From: Myxococcales bacterium
Lineage (GTDB): Bacteria > Myxococcota_A > UBA9042
Assembly (NCBI GenBank): GCA_037441385.1
Contig: JBBISH010000126.1
Location: forward strand, 1 to 17,349
Length of the DNA stretch: 17,349 nucleotides
Direction: 5' to 3'
The notes under the pieces are model-generated. The model did not search any database, was not told where the DNA came from, and saw nothing but the letters and a program-made list of their open reading frames with translations. Shown here in pieces: positions 7,984 through 15,826 of this stretch. The translations under genes and the position numbers were made by a program. How positions within the stretch are numbered: position 1 is the first letter of the stretch; every line of letters starts with the position of its first letter.

Positions 7984-8913
7984 GGTTTCGATGGACACGG
8001 TGTGCAGGCCGACCAGCGCTCCGCACGGGCTGCGGCCGATCAGGTACACGTGCACCTGCACGGTGCCCACGCGGATGACGGTCCAACCGGTGCCCTGGGC
8101 TTCGACGGCACTGCGTAGATCCTGGATCTTGCCTGGATTTTGCCCCTGCTGCACCAGCGCCGCGTACAGCTTGTCGGCCGGCCAGGTCTGGGTGGGCGTG
8201 TTGGCCGGGAGCCCCAGCGCCGCCAGCAATTCGGCCGGCGTAGGCTGGATCGGCAGTGTGGCCGTGCTCAGCGGCGCGCCCGGAAGGGGTGGCAACCCCA
8301 CGGCGTCAAAGGGGTAATCCGACTCGCTCATCCACAGCACCCCCTTGGCCCACGGCAGCACGTTCTTGACCACCTGCGCTTTGGCCGTGTCGGCGGCGGC
8401 TTGCGCGGTGGCGGGACACACCGGCGGCGCGCACACGCCCTTGTTGCAGCTGAGGCTGGCGGTCACGCCCACGCCGCCGACCGGACCGCTGACGGCCAGT
8501 CGGAATTGCCCCGGGCTGGAGGGCGTGGCGCCGAGCTGGCAACCACCCGCACCGCCCTGAGTCTGCAGCGTCTGCCAAAGTCCGCTGGGCAACTTTCGCT
8601 GCAGCTTGACCAGCATCCACGCCTTCTTCCAGTTGCTGATCTTGACCGAGAAGGTGCCACCGGCGGCCGCGGTCCAAGTCCATAGTAGCGTCTGACTGGT
8701 CTTGGCGGACTGGGTCACGGCGGTGCCAAACGGCAGGGGCTTGGCAGGCGCCTCGCTCAGGGCACCGGACTGGCTGTCCCACGGCGAACTCGCCTCGCTG
8801 GTACTTTCGGCCGGGCTGGGCAGGGCATCGGTGCAGGCCAAGGCGAGGGCGGCGAGCAGGGCCAAGACGACAGAAGTGCGCGCGATCGAGACGAAATTGC
8901 GGGGTGGGTGCAT
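7981..8913 (-). CDS. Lipoprotein with a C-terminal nuclease A inhibitor (NuiA)-like domain and a central PPC-like beta domain
   Basis: Lipobox LALAC. The C-terminal ~130 aa carry LWMSESDYPF and VYLIGRSPCGALVGLHTVSIET-stop, matching Anabaena NuiA hallmarks (MSESEYPF ... VYVIG ... VVET). AGGAG upstream of the ATG. Confidence 0.85.
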   Translation of the reverse strand: MHPPRNFVSIARTSVVLALLAALALACTDALPSPAESTSEASSPWDSQSGALSEAPAKPLPFGTAVTQSAKTSQTLLWTWTAAAGGTFSVKISNWKKAWMLVKLQRKLPSGLWQTLQTQGGAGGCQLGATPSSPGQFRLAVSGPVGGVGVTASLSCNKGVCAPPVCPATAQAAADTAKAQVVKNVLPWAKGVLWMSESDYPFDAVGLPPLPGAPLSTATLPIQPTPAELLAALGLPANTPTQTWPADKLYAALVQQGQNPGKIQDLRSAVEAQGTGWTVIRVGTVQVHVYLIGRSPCGALVGLHTVSIET

Positions 8914-9202
8914 GGTACTCCTTGGGCACGCGGCGCAGGCCGGTGCGGCAGTGCGGGGACGGCCAGGAGTTCTTCAAAACCCGTGCCAAGGGTGGAATGG
9001 TGGAAAAGTGTGCTGTTTTCAAGGCGGCGAGCCGCGTTGGTCGATCGTGAGACCAGTATCATCGCATTCCGTGATACCGGTATCGAGACCAGGAGCAGGT
9101 CGGGATTCGGCGCGGATCCATGCCTTTGGCGGTGCCAGCCTGGACATCGGCCGGCCGGCCCGGCAGCCTTGGACCTTCCTTCCGCCCCCTTGGAGCCTGG
9201 CC

Positions 9203-9649
9203 ATGTCCACCGGTACTGTCCGCCTGCATCGCGTGCTGCGCGCCCCTGCCGAGCACGTCTACCGAGCCTTCTTGGAACCCGCCGCGATGGCCAAGTGGTT
9301 GCCGCCGTTTGGCTTTACCTGCCACGTCGAGCACATGGACGCCACCGTGGGCGGCACTTTCCGCATGGCCTTCCACAACTTTCGCAAGGGCAAGGGAGAG
9401 TCCTTTGGCGGCAAATACTTGGAGTTGGAGCCGGGCAAACGCATCCGCTATACCGACGCCTTTGATGACCCGAATCTGCCGGGCACGATGATCACCACCA
9501 TCGAGTTGGAAACCGTCCTGTGCGGGACGGAAGTGCGCATCGTGCAAGAGGGAATTCCCGAGGCGATCCCGACGGCGTTCTGCTACCTGGGCTGGCAGGA
9601 GTCGCTGGTGCAGTTGGCGCAGCTCGTCGAGCCGGACATCCCAGGCTGA
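9203..9649 (+). CDS. SRPBCC / Aha1-like (START-fold) family protein
   Basis: MSTGTVRLHRVLRAP.E.VYRAF...AKWLPP.GF, GGTFRMAF, FGGKYLEL.PG..IRYTD.FDDPNLPG, CYLGWQESL. GGAG at 9192-9195 supports ATG 9203; the track's start at 8702 is a spurious extension. Confidence 0.92.
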   Translation: MSTGTVRLHRVLRAPAEHVYRAFLEPAAMAKWLPPFGFTCHVEHMDATVGGTFRMAFHNFRKGKGESFGGKYLELEPGKRIRYTDAFDDPNLPGTMITTIELETVLCGTEVRIVQEGIPEAIPTAFCYLGWQESLVQLAQLVEPDIPG

Positions 9650-9742
9650 CCCTGCGGCCCTTGCCGCTACTTCCGCGACACCACGGACCTGTCGTGCTAG
9701 CCTGCCGCCGCCCGGTTTGCCGGCACGTGCAGGAGACGTACC

Positions 9743-10501
9743 ATGCCCAGCCGCCGCTTTGCCCTGGTGTTTCTTGGCCTCTTGATTGGTTCCACTGCGC
9801 CGGCCGCCGAGCCCACTGCCGCGCTACTGCCGCCGTTCCAGACCAGCGAAGGCGAAATCGACCCGCTCTACCTGCGCGAAGGCTGCCACTGGACGTCGGC
9901 CGACGAGAAGGAGCTGGCCTGCATCGCGATCACCAACTGCGAGGGCTGCATGGAGTTTCGCGTGGAGGTGCGGACCCTGGGCAGCAAGAAGCGGCGCAAG
10001 TTCGTCGTCTTTGGCGGCAAGGACTCGACTTTCCAAGCCAAGGGGTTTGCTGCGGCGCAGAAGTACTTGAGCGGCAAGCACTTCGCCGCTCCCGAGCGCC
10101 TGCCCGCCAGCGCTGGCAGCGTCCGCAAAGACAGCGACAACGCCCGCACGCTTCTGGTGCAAGCACTGGGGCAGACGGTGAGTGCCAAGCTGCCGAACTT
10201 TGATCCGCGCCAGGTCCCGACCAAAAGTGACCGCGCCGCCCGCGACTTGCCAGTCGATTGGGACAAGGTGCGCGCCCGGCCTGCGGCCGAACGCATCGCG
10301 GCGTGCTGTGGCGACCTGATCGACGCGCTGTACTGGCTGCCCAAGACGCGGCGAGCGCTGGCGATGGTCACCTCGCGCTGCGACTTCGAGCCCGAGCCCG
10401 ACAACCGTCTGTGCTTGCACCCGGACTACAACGCCGAGTTGGACACCGAGTCGGGGTTTGCCGTGTACGAATTGGCCGTGCCGGCGACCCCGACGCACTG
10501 A
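9743..10501 (+). CDS. Hypothetical secreted protein (252 aa) with several cysteines
   Basis: AGGAG at 9731-9735; signal peptide MPSRRFALVFLGLLIGSTAPA; normal codon bias; no recognised domain. Confidence 0.75.
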   Translation: MPSRRFALVFLGLLIGSTAPAAEPTAALLPPFQTSEGEIDPLYLREGCHWTSADEKELACIAITNCEGCMEFRVEVRTLGSKKRRKFVVFGGKDSTFQAKGFAAAQKYLSGKHFAAPERLPASAGSVRKDSDNARTLLVQALGQTVSAKLPNFDPRQVPTKSDRAARDLPVDWDKVRARPAAERIAACCGDLIDALYWLPKTRRALAMVTSRCDFEPEPDNRLCLHPDYNAELDTESGFAVYELAVPATPTH

Positions 10502-10514
10502 GGCCACGCGCGGG

Positions 10515-11840
10515 CTAGTACGCCGTCGCCGCGTAGGCGCGCAAGCTCTTGACGCCGTCCGGCGGCGAAATCAGGTAGTACTGGGTGGTGGGGATGGTCA
10601 TTTCGGCCACCGCAGCGCCGCCGTCGCCCAAGACGAGCACGTCGCTGTTGCCAAGCCAGAACACTTCGGCTTCGCCCGGTGCCACGATGGTATTCTTTGG
10701 CAGTTTCTGCGACTTGCGCAGCTTGGCCAGGTTGATTTGCACCAGTCCCTTGGTCGTGGCGGCCCATGTCGCGCCGGTCTGGGCGTCGAACACGAACGTC
10801 GCCAGGTACACGTAGTCGCCCTGCTCCGCGACCACGTCGGAGTCGCGCAGCACCCCAAAGCGCCCGGAAGCCGAGGTCGCATCGGGCACAAAGTGTTGCG
10901 ATTCCGGGCTGAATGGCCACGCCTTGCCCGCCTCGGCCTTGGGCGCGGGCCGTTGCGGCACGGTGCACAGGTCCTTGGTCACCGGCTTGCCCTTCACCAT
11001 GGTCTGACACGCCTCGCCGCCAAAGACCACGCGATCCTGCACTTTGCCGGTCGCGAGGTCGACTCGGTAGTTGATGAGGATGTTCGCCATGTTTGCGTTG
11101 CGGTCCGAGATCTGGAAGCACGCGATTTGGGCTGCCGCGTCGACGCCAAAATTGCGCTCGTCCTGGATGTAGTCCAGCGGGTTCAAGGCTGCGCCCTCGG
11201 CGACGGCCGGGCGGGCCTCTTTCGCCGGCGAGGGCGCGGGAGCCGCAGCGGCGGTGCTGTCTTGGGCGGCGCCCTCGGCCGCGGGCTCGTCGGGCGCGGG
11301 CCCGTTGCCTGTGGCGCTCAAGAAGCACTCGTTCTTCAGCTTGGGTAGCGTTGCCACGACCTTTTGCTCGCCCGTGCGCAGGTCCAGCCGGACGATCTGA
11401 CGCTTGGCCGGCACCACATAGAAAAGCAAGCGGCGGTCGCCGGTTCGGTCGATGCGCAGATGCGTGGCGTGGGCGGTCGACAGGTCGGCAATCGGCGTGA
11501 AATCGGGGGCCAGCGCGTGGATCCCCTTGCGATCCGCGAGGATGAGTACCCCGCCATGCAGAGCTTGGGCGGCATCTAGCTTGCCGGCCAGCGAGTCCGG
11601 GGCCACGGCGGCGGCAGTGGCGGCGGCTGGTGGCTCGGCGGCGGCAGGGCTTGCCTCGGCGGGAGCTTGGGCTGGCGTGGCGGCTGCGGGCGGCGGCACG
11701 GGAGTGGGCGGCGCGGTGGGCGTGGTGGCTGTCGGCGGGGCTGGCGAGGCGGGTTCCGGCGGGGCCTTTTGGCAGGCTGCGGGCAAGAGTGCGCCAAGAA
11801 AGACGCTGAATTTCAAAAGGTGTCTAAAGGTAGGGGACAT
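10515..11840 (-). CDS. Hypothetical lipoprotein with a Pro/Ala-rich tether and a beta-rich (possibly propeller-like) body
   Basis: MSPTFRHLLKFSVFLGALLPAAC lipoprotein signal from ATG 11840, a long Pro/Ala/Thr linker, then beta-strand-like segments (IVRLDLRTGE, YRVDLATGKV, FVFDAQTGA). Confidence 0.75.
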   Translation of the reverse strand: MSPTFRHLLKFSVFLGALLPAACQKAPPEPASPAPPTATTPTAPPTPVPPPAAATPAQAPAEASPAAAEPPAAATAAAVAPDSLAGKLDAAQALHGGVLILADRKGIHALAPDFTPIADLSTAHATHLRIDRTGDRRLLFYVVPAKRQIVRLDLRTGEQKVVATLPKLKNECFLSATGNGPAPDEPAAEGAAQDSTAAAAPAPSPAKEARPAVAEGAALNPLDYIQDERNFGVDAAAQIACFQISDRNANMANILINYRVDLATGKVQDRVVFGGEACQTMVKGKPVTKDLCTVPQRPAPKAEAGKAWPFSPESQHFVPDATSASGRFGVLRDSDVVAEQGDYVYLATFVFDAQTGATWAATTKGLVQINLAKLRKSQKLPKNTIVAPGEAEVFWLGNSDVLVLGDGGAAVAEMTIPTTQYYLISPPDGVKSLRAYAATAY

Positions 11841-12041
11841 AGCGGGCCTCGCAGTTGCCGCGGCGGCAGAGGGCACTAGCCTGCCGCATCTTGGGCCCCA
11901 GGGAAAGTGACAGACGTCGTCGCAAAAAGCCAACTGTTTCCAGGGGTAGAAAATGCCCCCCATCGCCGCGTGCCCCTTGCAGAAATCGGCCGGGCGCGGA
12001 ACACTGCGCGCCCCCCGGCCAGCGCCGGCCGCCCGACCGCC

Positions 12042-13016
12042 ATGCCTTCATCCCCCATCGCGACCCGTCCTTCTGTCTGCATCGTCGGCGCCACCGGCTA
12101 CGCGGGCCAGGAACTGCTGCGCTTGCTGCGCGGACACCCGCACGTCGGTCCGGTGACGACCGCCCCATCGCGCGAAGGTACGGCTGCGATCCCAGAGGAT
12201 GTTCGATGGATTTTCTTGGCGACTCCGGCCGAGACCAGCGCCGAATTGGCCGAGCCCCTGGTCGAGCGAGGGCAGCGCGTGATCGACCTGTCGGGCGCCC
12301 ACCGCGCCGGCACTGCCACAAAGCACCGAGCCGCCTACGGTTTTGACCACCCGCACCCCGCCGCGCTGGCGCATGCGGCCTATGGCTTCGACGCGCCGGC
12401 GGACACGCTGCTACAAGCGAACTTGATTGCCAATCCAGGCTGCTACGCCAATGCGCTGCTCTCGGCTTTGGTGCCGCTGCAGACTGCAGGAGTGCTGGCC
12501 CCGGGCGCAGTGGTCGACGCCACTGGCATCAGCGGCGTGTCGGGCGCCGGCCGCAACCCCACCGAGCGGACCATGTACATGTACGTGGCCGAAAACCTTG
12601 CCCCTTATCGCACCGGCCGCGCCCACCAGCACTTGGTCGAGGTCGAGGGCCGCGCGGACGTCCACCTGCTGTTCGTGCCGCTCGTGGCGCCGCTGCGGCG
12701 CGGGATGCTCGTCTCGGGCAGTGTCGACGTGGGGCCGTGGCTGGCCCGCAACCCCGGGTCGTCGCTGCCGAACCTGAGCCTGGCGGGCGATCCGCTGTGG
12801 CAACAGGTGGCCGCCGCGCCCGACGTGCTGGCGGTGGCCGAGCAGAATACCGTGCAGGTCCACTACTTCTTGGATGCCGCTGCGGGCCGGGTGCAGTTCG
12901 TCAGCGTCATCGACAACCTGCTGCGCGGCGCCGCCTCGCACGCCGTGTACAACCTGAACCTGGCCATGGGCTGGCCGGCGCTGGCCGGGCTGCAGCCAGG
13001 GGGGAATCATGACTGA
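12042..13016 (+). CDS. argC: N-acetyl-gamma-glutamyl-phosphate reductase
   Basis: IVGATGYAGQELLRLL..HP, VIDLSG, catalytic IANPGCY, SGVSGAG, DNLLRGAA. ATG 12042 chosen because homology begins just after it; overlaps the argJ start by 8 nt. Confidence 0.92.
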   Translation: MPSSPIATRPSVCIVGATGYAGQELLRLLRGHPHVGPVTTAPSREGTAAIPEDVRWIFLATPAETSAELAEPLVERGQRVIDLSGAHRAGTATKHRAAYGFDHPHPAALAHAAYGFDAPADTLLQANLIANPGCYANALLSALVPLQTAGVLAPGAVVDATGISGVSGAGRNPTERTMYMYVAENLAPYRTGRAHQHLVEVEGRADVHLLFVPLVAPLRRGMLVSGSVDVGPWLARNPGSSLPNLSLAGDPLWQQVAAAPDVLAVAEQNTVQVHYFLDAAAGRVQFVSVIDNLLRGAASHAVYNLNLAMGWPALAGLQPGGNHD

Positions 13017-14673
13017 TCTCAAGGCTATCGACCCCGTCCTCCCCGCCGGCGTGCGCGTGCTGGGCGGCCACAGCGGCATCAAGGCCAGCCGCTTGGACAC
13101 GGCCGTGCTGGTCTTTGCCCGCCCGGTGCCGGTGGCCGGCACGCTGACCCGCAATCGTTGCGCGGCGGCCTGTGTCGAGGGCAACCGCCCGCTGCTGCCC
13201 GGCCTGGCCAGCGCCTTTGTCGCGGTCAGTGGCAACGCCAACTGCTACGCCGCCGGGGATCGCGAGGCCGATCAGCTGCTTCGCTCGGGTCTGGCCGCCG
13301 CGCTGGCGGCCGAAGGCAAGACCGGCGGCGCCATCCTCACCGCCACCACCGGCCCGATCGGCGTGCCCTTCGACGCGCAGCAGGTGGTCGACAAGCTGCC
13401 GGTCATCCTCTCGCAACCCAGCAGCTGGGAAGCGTTTTCCCAGGCCGTGCTGACCACCGACACAGTCGCCAAGGTCGCCTGTTTCCGCTACGGCGGCGCG
13501 ACCTGGTTGGGCATCGCGAAGGGCTCGGGGATGATCCACCCCGACATGGCGACGATGATTGCGGTATGCGTCACCGACGCCCAGATCGACCCGCAGGTGC
13601 TCGACGCCGCCACCAAGCGCGTGGTTGCCCGCACCTTCAACGCCGTCACCGTCGACCGCGACACCTCGACCAACGACACCGCCCTGGTGTTCGCAACCGG
13701 CGTCGCCGGCCCGGTCAGCGACCCCGAACTGCCCATGCACGCTGTGTTTTCCGCGCTGGCCCAGGCGATCGCCCGCGACGGCGAAGGTGCCACCCGCATG
13801 GTCACCGTGCAGGTCCGCGGCGCGACCAACGACGAGGTGGCGCGCACCACCGCCCGCGACATTGCCGGCAGCGATCTGGTCAAAAGTGCGCTGTTTGCCT
13901 GCGATCCCAACTGGGGCCGGGCGGTGGCGGCCCTGGGCGCGTCGCTGGCGCGGCAAGACCAGCCGCTGGACCGGTCGCTCGTGACGATTGCCCTGCAAGG
14001 TCAGCCGGTTTACCCGCCCAGCCAGACCCTGGACCGGGCCGAACTGGGGGCCAGGCTGCGCGCCAGCGACACCATCACCTTGGACCTGTGCATCGGCGCC
14101 GGCCCAGGCCAGGGCGTCGCCTGGGGCTGCGACCTCAGCTACGACTACGTGCGCATCAACGCCGAGGCCCCGGTCGCCTACGGTGCAGTGGGCAGCAGCG
14201 CCCCGGTGCGCGCCAGCCTGGAACTGCAGACCCTGACCCCGGTACTGAAAAAGGGCGTGCTGCGCGAGGCTTTGCGCTACCTGCACCAGCACGACCGCAT
14301 GACCATGGTCTTTCTGGTCCAGGCTGAGTCGCCCACCCTGGACGATGACCTGGCCCTGCTGCGTCAGACCGGCATCCGCCCCATCGTGTTGCGCGGCGCC
14401 AGCTTGTCGGCGGCGGTGGCGGTGGCGCGCGACAACCACGCCAGCAAGCTGCTGATTTTGACCGACGCCGACGGCCTGCGCGCGGCCGATGGGCACCTGG
14501 CCAGCGAGCTGGGGCCGCCCGAGCTGCCCGACCACTACCTAGCGGCGCAGGTGCCGGCCTTCTTGCAGGGCGGCGGCACGCTCCACGTCCTCAATGGCCA
14601 GGTGCACGCGGCCCTGATCGAAGAGCTGTTTACCGATCGCGGGATTGGCACCATGGTCCGTGCCAGAATGTAG
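13009..14673 (+). CDS. argJ: Ornithine/glutamate N-acetyltransferase ArgJ fused to a degenerate, internally deleted acetylglutamate kinase (ArgB)-like domain
   Basis: ArgJ motifs: SGNAN, TGPIG, LTTDT, KGSGMIHPDMATM (autocleavage Thr), DRDTSTND, ARDGEGAT, LVKSALF..DPNWGR, GCDLSYDYVRINA (ends ~14163). The extra ~170 aa contain EALRY, DLALL..GIRPIV, KLLILTD..G and HVLNG..HAALIEELFTDRGIGTM. Confidence 0.92.
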   Translation: MTDLKAIDPVLPAGVRVLGGHSGIKASRLDTAVLVFARPVPVAGTLTRNRCAAACVEGNRPLLPGLASAFVAVSGNANCYAAGDREADQLLRSGLAAALAAEGKTGGAILTATTGPIGVPFDAQQVVDKLPVILSQPSSWEAFSQAVLTTDTVAKVACFRYGGATWLGIAKGSGMIHPDMATMIAVCVTDAQIDPQVLDAATKRVVARTFNAVTVDRDTSTNDTALVFATGVAGPVSDPELPMHAVFSALAQAIARDGEGATRMVTVQVRGATNDEVARTTARDIAGSDLVKSALFACDPNWGRAVAALGASLARQDQPLDRSLVTIALQGQPVYPPSQTLDRAELGARLRASDTITLDLCIGAGPGQGVAWGCDLSYDYVRINAEAPVAYGAVGSSAPVRASLELQTLTPVLKKGVLREALRYLHQHDRMTMVFLVQAESPTLDDDLALLRQTGIRPIVLRGASLSAAVAVARDNHASKLLILTDADGLRAADGHLASELGPPELPDHYLAAQVPAFLQGGGTLHVLNGQVHAALIEELFTDRGIGTMVRARM

Positions 14674-14720
14674 CAGCCATTTTCTACTGGTTGAAATTAA
14701 ACAATAAAGTCACCAGCACC

Positions 14721-15398
14721 CTAGAACGGCAACTGCATAGCCTGGCACAAGAACTTCTGCAGCCCGGCGCCCTTGGCCATCGCCGCCGCGTACAGGGCCG
14801 GAAAATCGGGCCGCTGTGCGTCCTGCTCGCTGAAGTTGGCCACTGCGATGAAGTCCTTGCGCTTCAGGTCCTCGATGAGCGGGTGATCGGCCGCGTACCC
14901 GGCAGGCGGACGCTTCAAGCTCGAACCGTGCAACACCAACCCGGACTTGGCCACCTCCCAGTCGTCCGAGTGCTCGACGATGCAGGTGCGGATGGCGTGC
15001 AGCGCGTCGGGCGGCGGCTGCCACATGCCAAAACCGCCGAATACGCCAGCCATTTCGTCGTGGCCGTCGGGTGCCAGGTTGAAGTAGAAGCCGGGGGCGT
15101 GCACCGCCTCGCTCAGCGGTCCGCCCGTCATGCTGTGGCGAAACTGCGCCGCCAGGTGCGTCTTGTACGGCGACTTGTCGTGCGAAAACCGCACGTCGCG
15201 GTGGATGCGAAACACGGACCGCTGGTCGCCGACGAAATACCGCGACATCTGCTCTAGGTAAGGGCGCATCGCTCCAACGAATTCCAACAGCGGCTCTTTG
15301 CAGTGGCGCTCGTAGCGGTTGCGGTTGGCATCGAACCACTCCTTGTTGTTGTGGTCGCGCAGGTCGCGCAAGAAGGCAAAGGTCTCGGCTGTGAACAT
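14721..15398 (-). CDS. DUF2461 / TIGR02453-family protein
   Basis: FLRDL..HNNKEWFDANR..YE, FRIHRDVRFSHDKSPYKT, APGFY, GGFGMWQP, LKRPP.GY..DHPLIEDLKRKDF. AGGAG immediately upstream of ATG 15398. Confidence 0.92.
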   Translation of the reverse strand: MFTAETFAFLRDLRDHNNKEWFDANRNRYERHCKEPLLEFVGAMRPYLEQMSRYFVGDQRSVFRIHRDVRFSHDKSPYKTHLAAQFRHSMTGGPLSEAVHAPGFYFNLAPDGHDEMAGVFGGFGMWQPPPDALHAIRTCIVEHSDDWEVAKSGLVLHGSSLKRPPAGYAADHPLIEDLKRKDFIAVANFSEQDAQRPDFPALYAAAMAKGAGLQKFLCQAMQLPF

Positions 15399-15409
15399 GG
15401 TGCTCCTTG

Positions 15410-15652
15410 CTAGCGGGCCCAACCGCCACGCATCCCCAACGCTTGGGCCAGGTGATCATTGCATAGGGCTTCGGGATCGCCCGTTGCTTGGCGCTCGTGG
15501 GCACAGGCCGCGCAAGCGGCCGCCGATGCGTAGGTATCTTCGGCGCGGGCCTGGGCCAGGGCCGCCTGCAGGCGCGTGTCCCCGCGCTCGCCCGGTTCCA
15601 GAGCGGGCCGATTCACGGGCTTTGCCGGTCGGTGGGGCGGACGGAAGCTCAT
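15410..15652 (-). CDS. Probable small protein (80 aa) with a CxxC ... CxxH motif
   Basis: Last 80 codons of the long antisense ORF 15410-17251, read from ATG 15652: ...[34 protein letters not shown].... Fills an otherwise empty gap; its TAG sits 11 nt before the DUF2461 start. No clear RBS. Confidence 0.55.
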   Translation of the reverse strand: MSFRPPHRPAKPVNRPALEPGERGDTRLQAALAQARAEDTYASAAACAACAHERQATGDPEALCNDHLAQALGMRGGWAR

Positions 15653-15736
15653 CGGCGCACGGGGCGGTCGCAGGCCGCACGCCGATGCTGCGCGAATTCC
15701 CAAGGGCTGTCGAGTCCGCGCCGCGCGCAGCGCCCG

Positions 15737-15765
15737 TTGACGCGGCGTGCCGCGGTCGGCATAGT
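15737..15765 (+). promoter_or_regulatory. Candidate sigma70-type promoter for the TSP3-repeat lipoprotein
   Basis: TTGACG (15737-15742), 17-nt spacer, CATAGT (15760-15765), ~60 nt upstream of ATG 15827. Confidence 0.5.
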
Positions 15766-15826
15766 CGGCTTGGTGACCAGTGCGGCCTTGCCCTCTCGCT
15801 TCCGTCCCACGCAGCCGAGTGACACT

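Noticed and set aside
7822..7985. tRNA or known ncRNA gene explaining the hairpin repeat
   Set aside because: No cloverleaf, T-loop or CCA end; the stems are too long, and the element has flanking direct repeats and a second copy.
6250..8913. RNase G and the NuiA-like protein as a nuclease-inhibitor pair
   Set aside because: NuiA targets beta-beta-alpha-metal nucleases, unrelated to the RNase E/G fold; the genes are convergent and the products are predicted in different compartments.
8702..9202. N-terminal extension of the SRPBCC ORF (apparent fusion)
   Set aside because: Overlaps the NuiA-like gene on the other strand; the family-typical start and RBS are at 9203.
11841..12041. ArgR ARG boxes or an arginine leader peptide upstream of argC
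   Set aside because: No AT-rich TGAAT...ATTCA-type dyad and no convincing Arg-rich leader with an RBS. A weak TTGCAG-17-AACACT promoter match (11977-12005) was too poor to list.
14680..14720. Possible dif (XerCD) site in the AT-rich spacer
   Set aside because: Only loose similarity to the XerD arm TTATGTTAAAT, and no XerC arm at the required 6-bp spacing.
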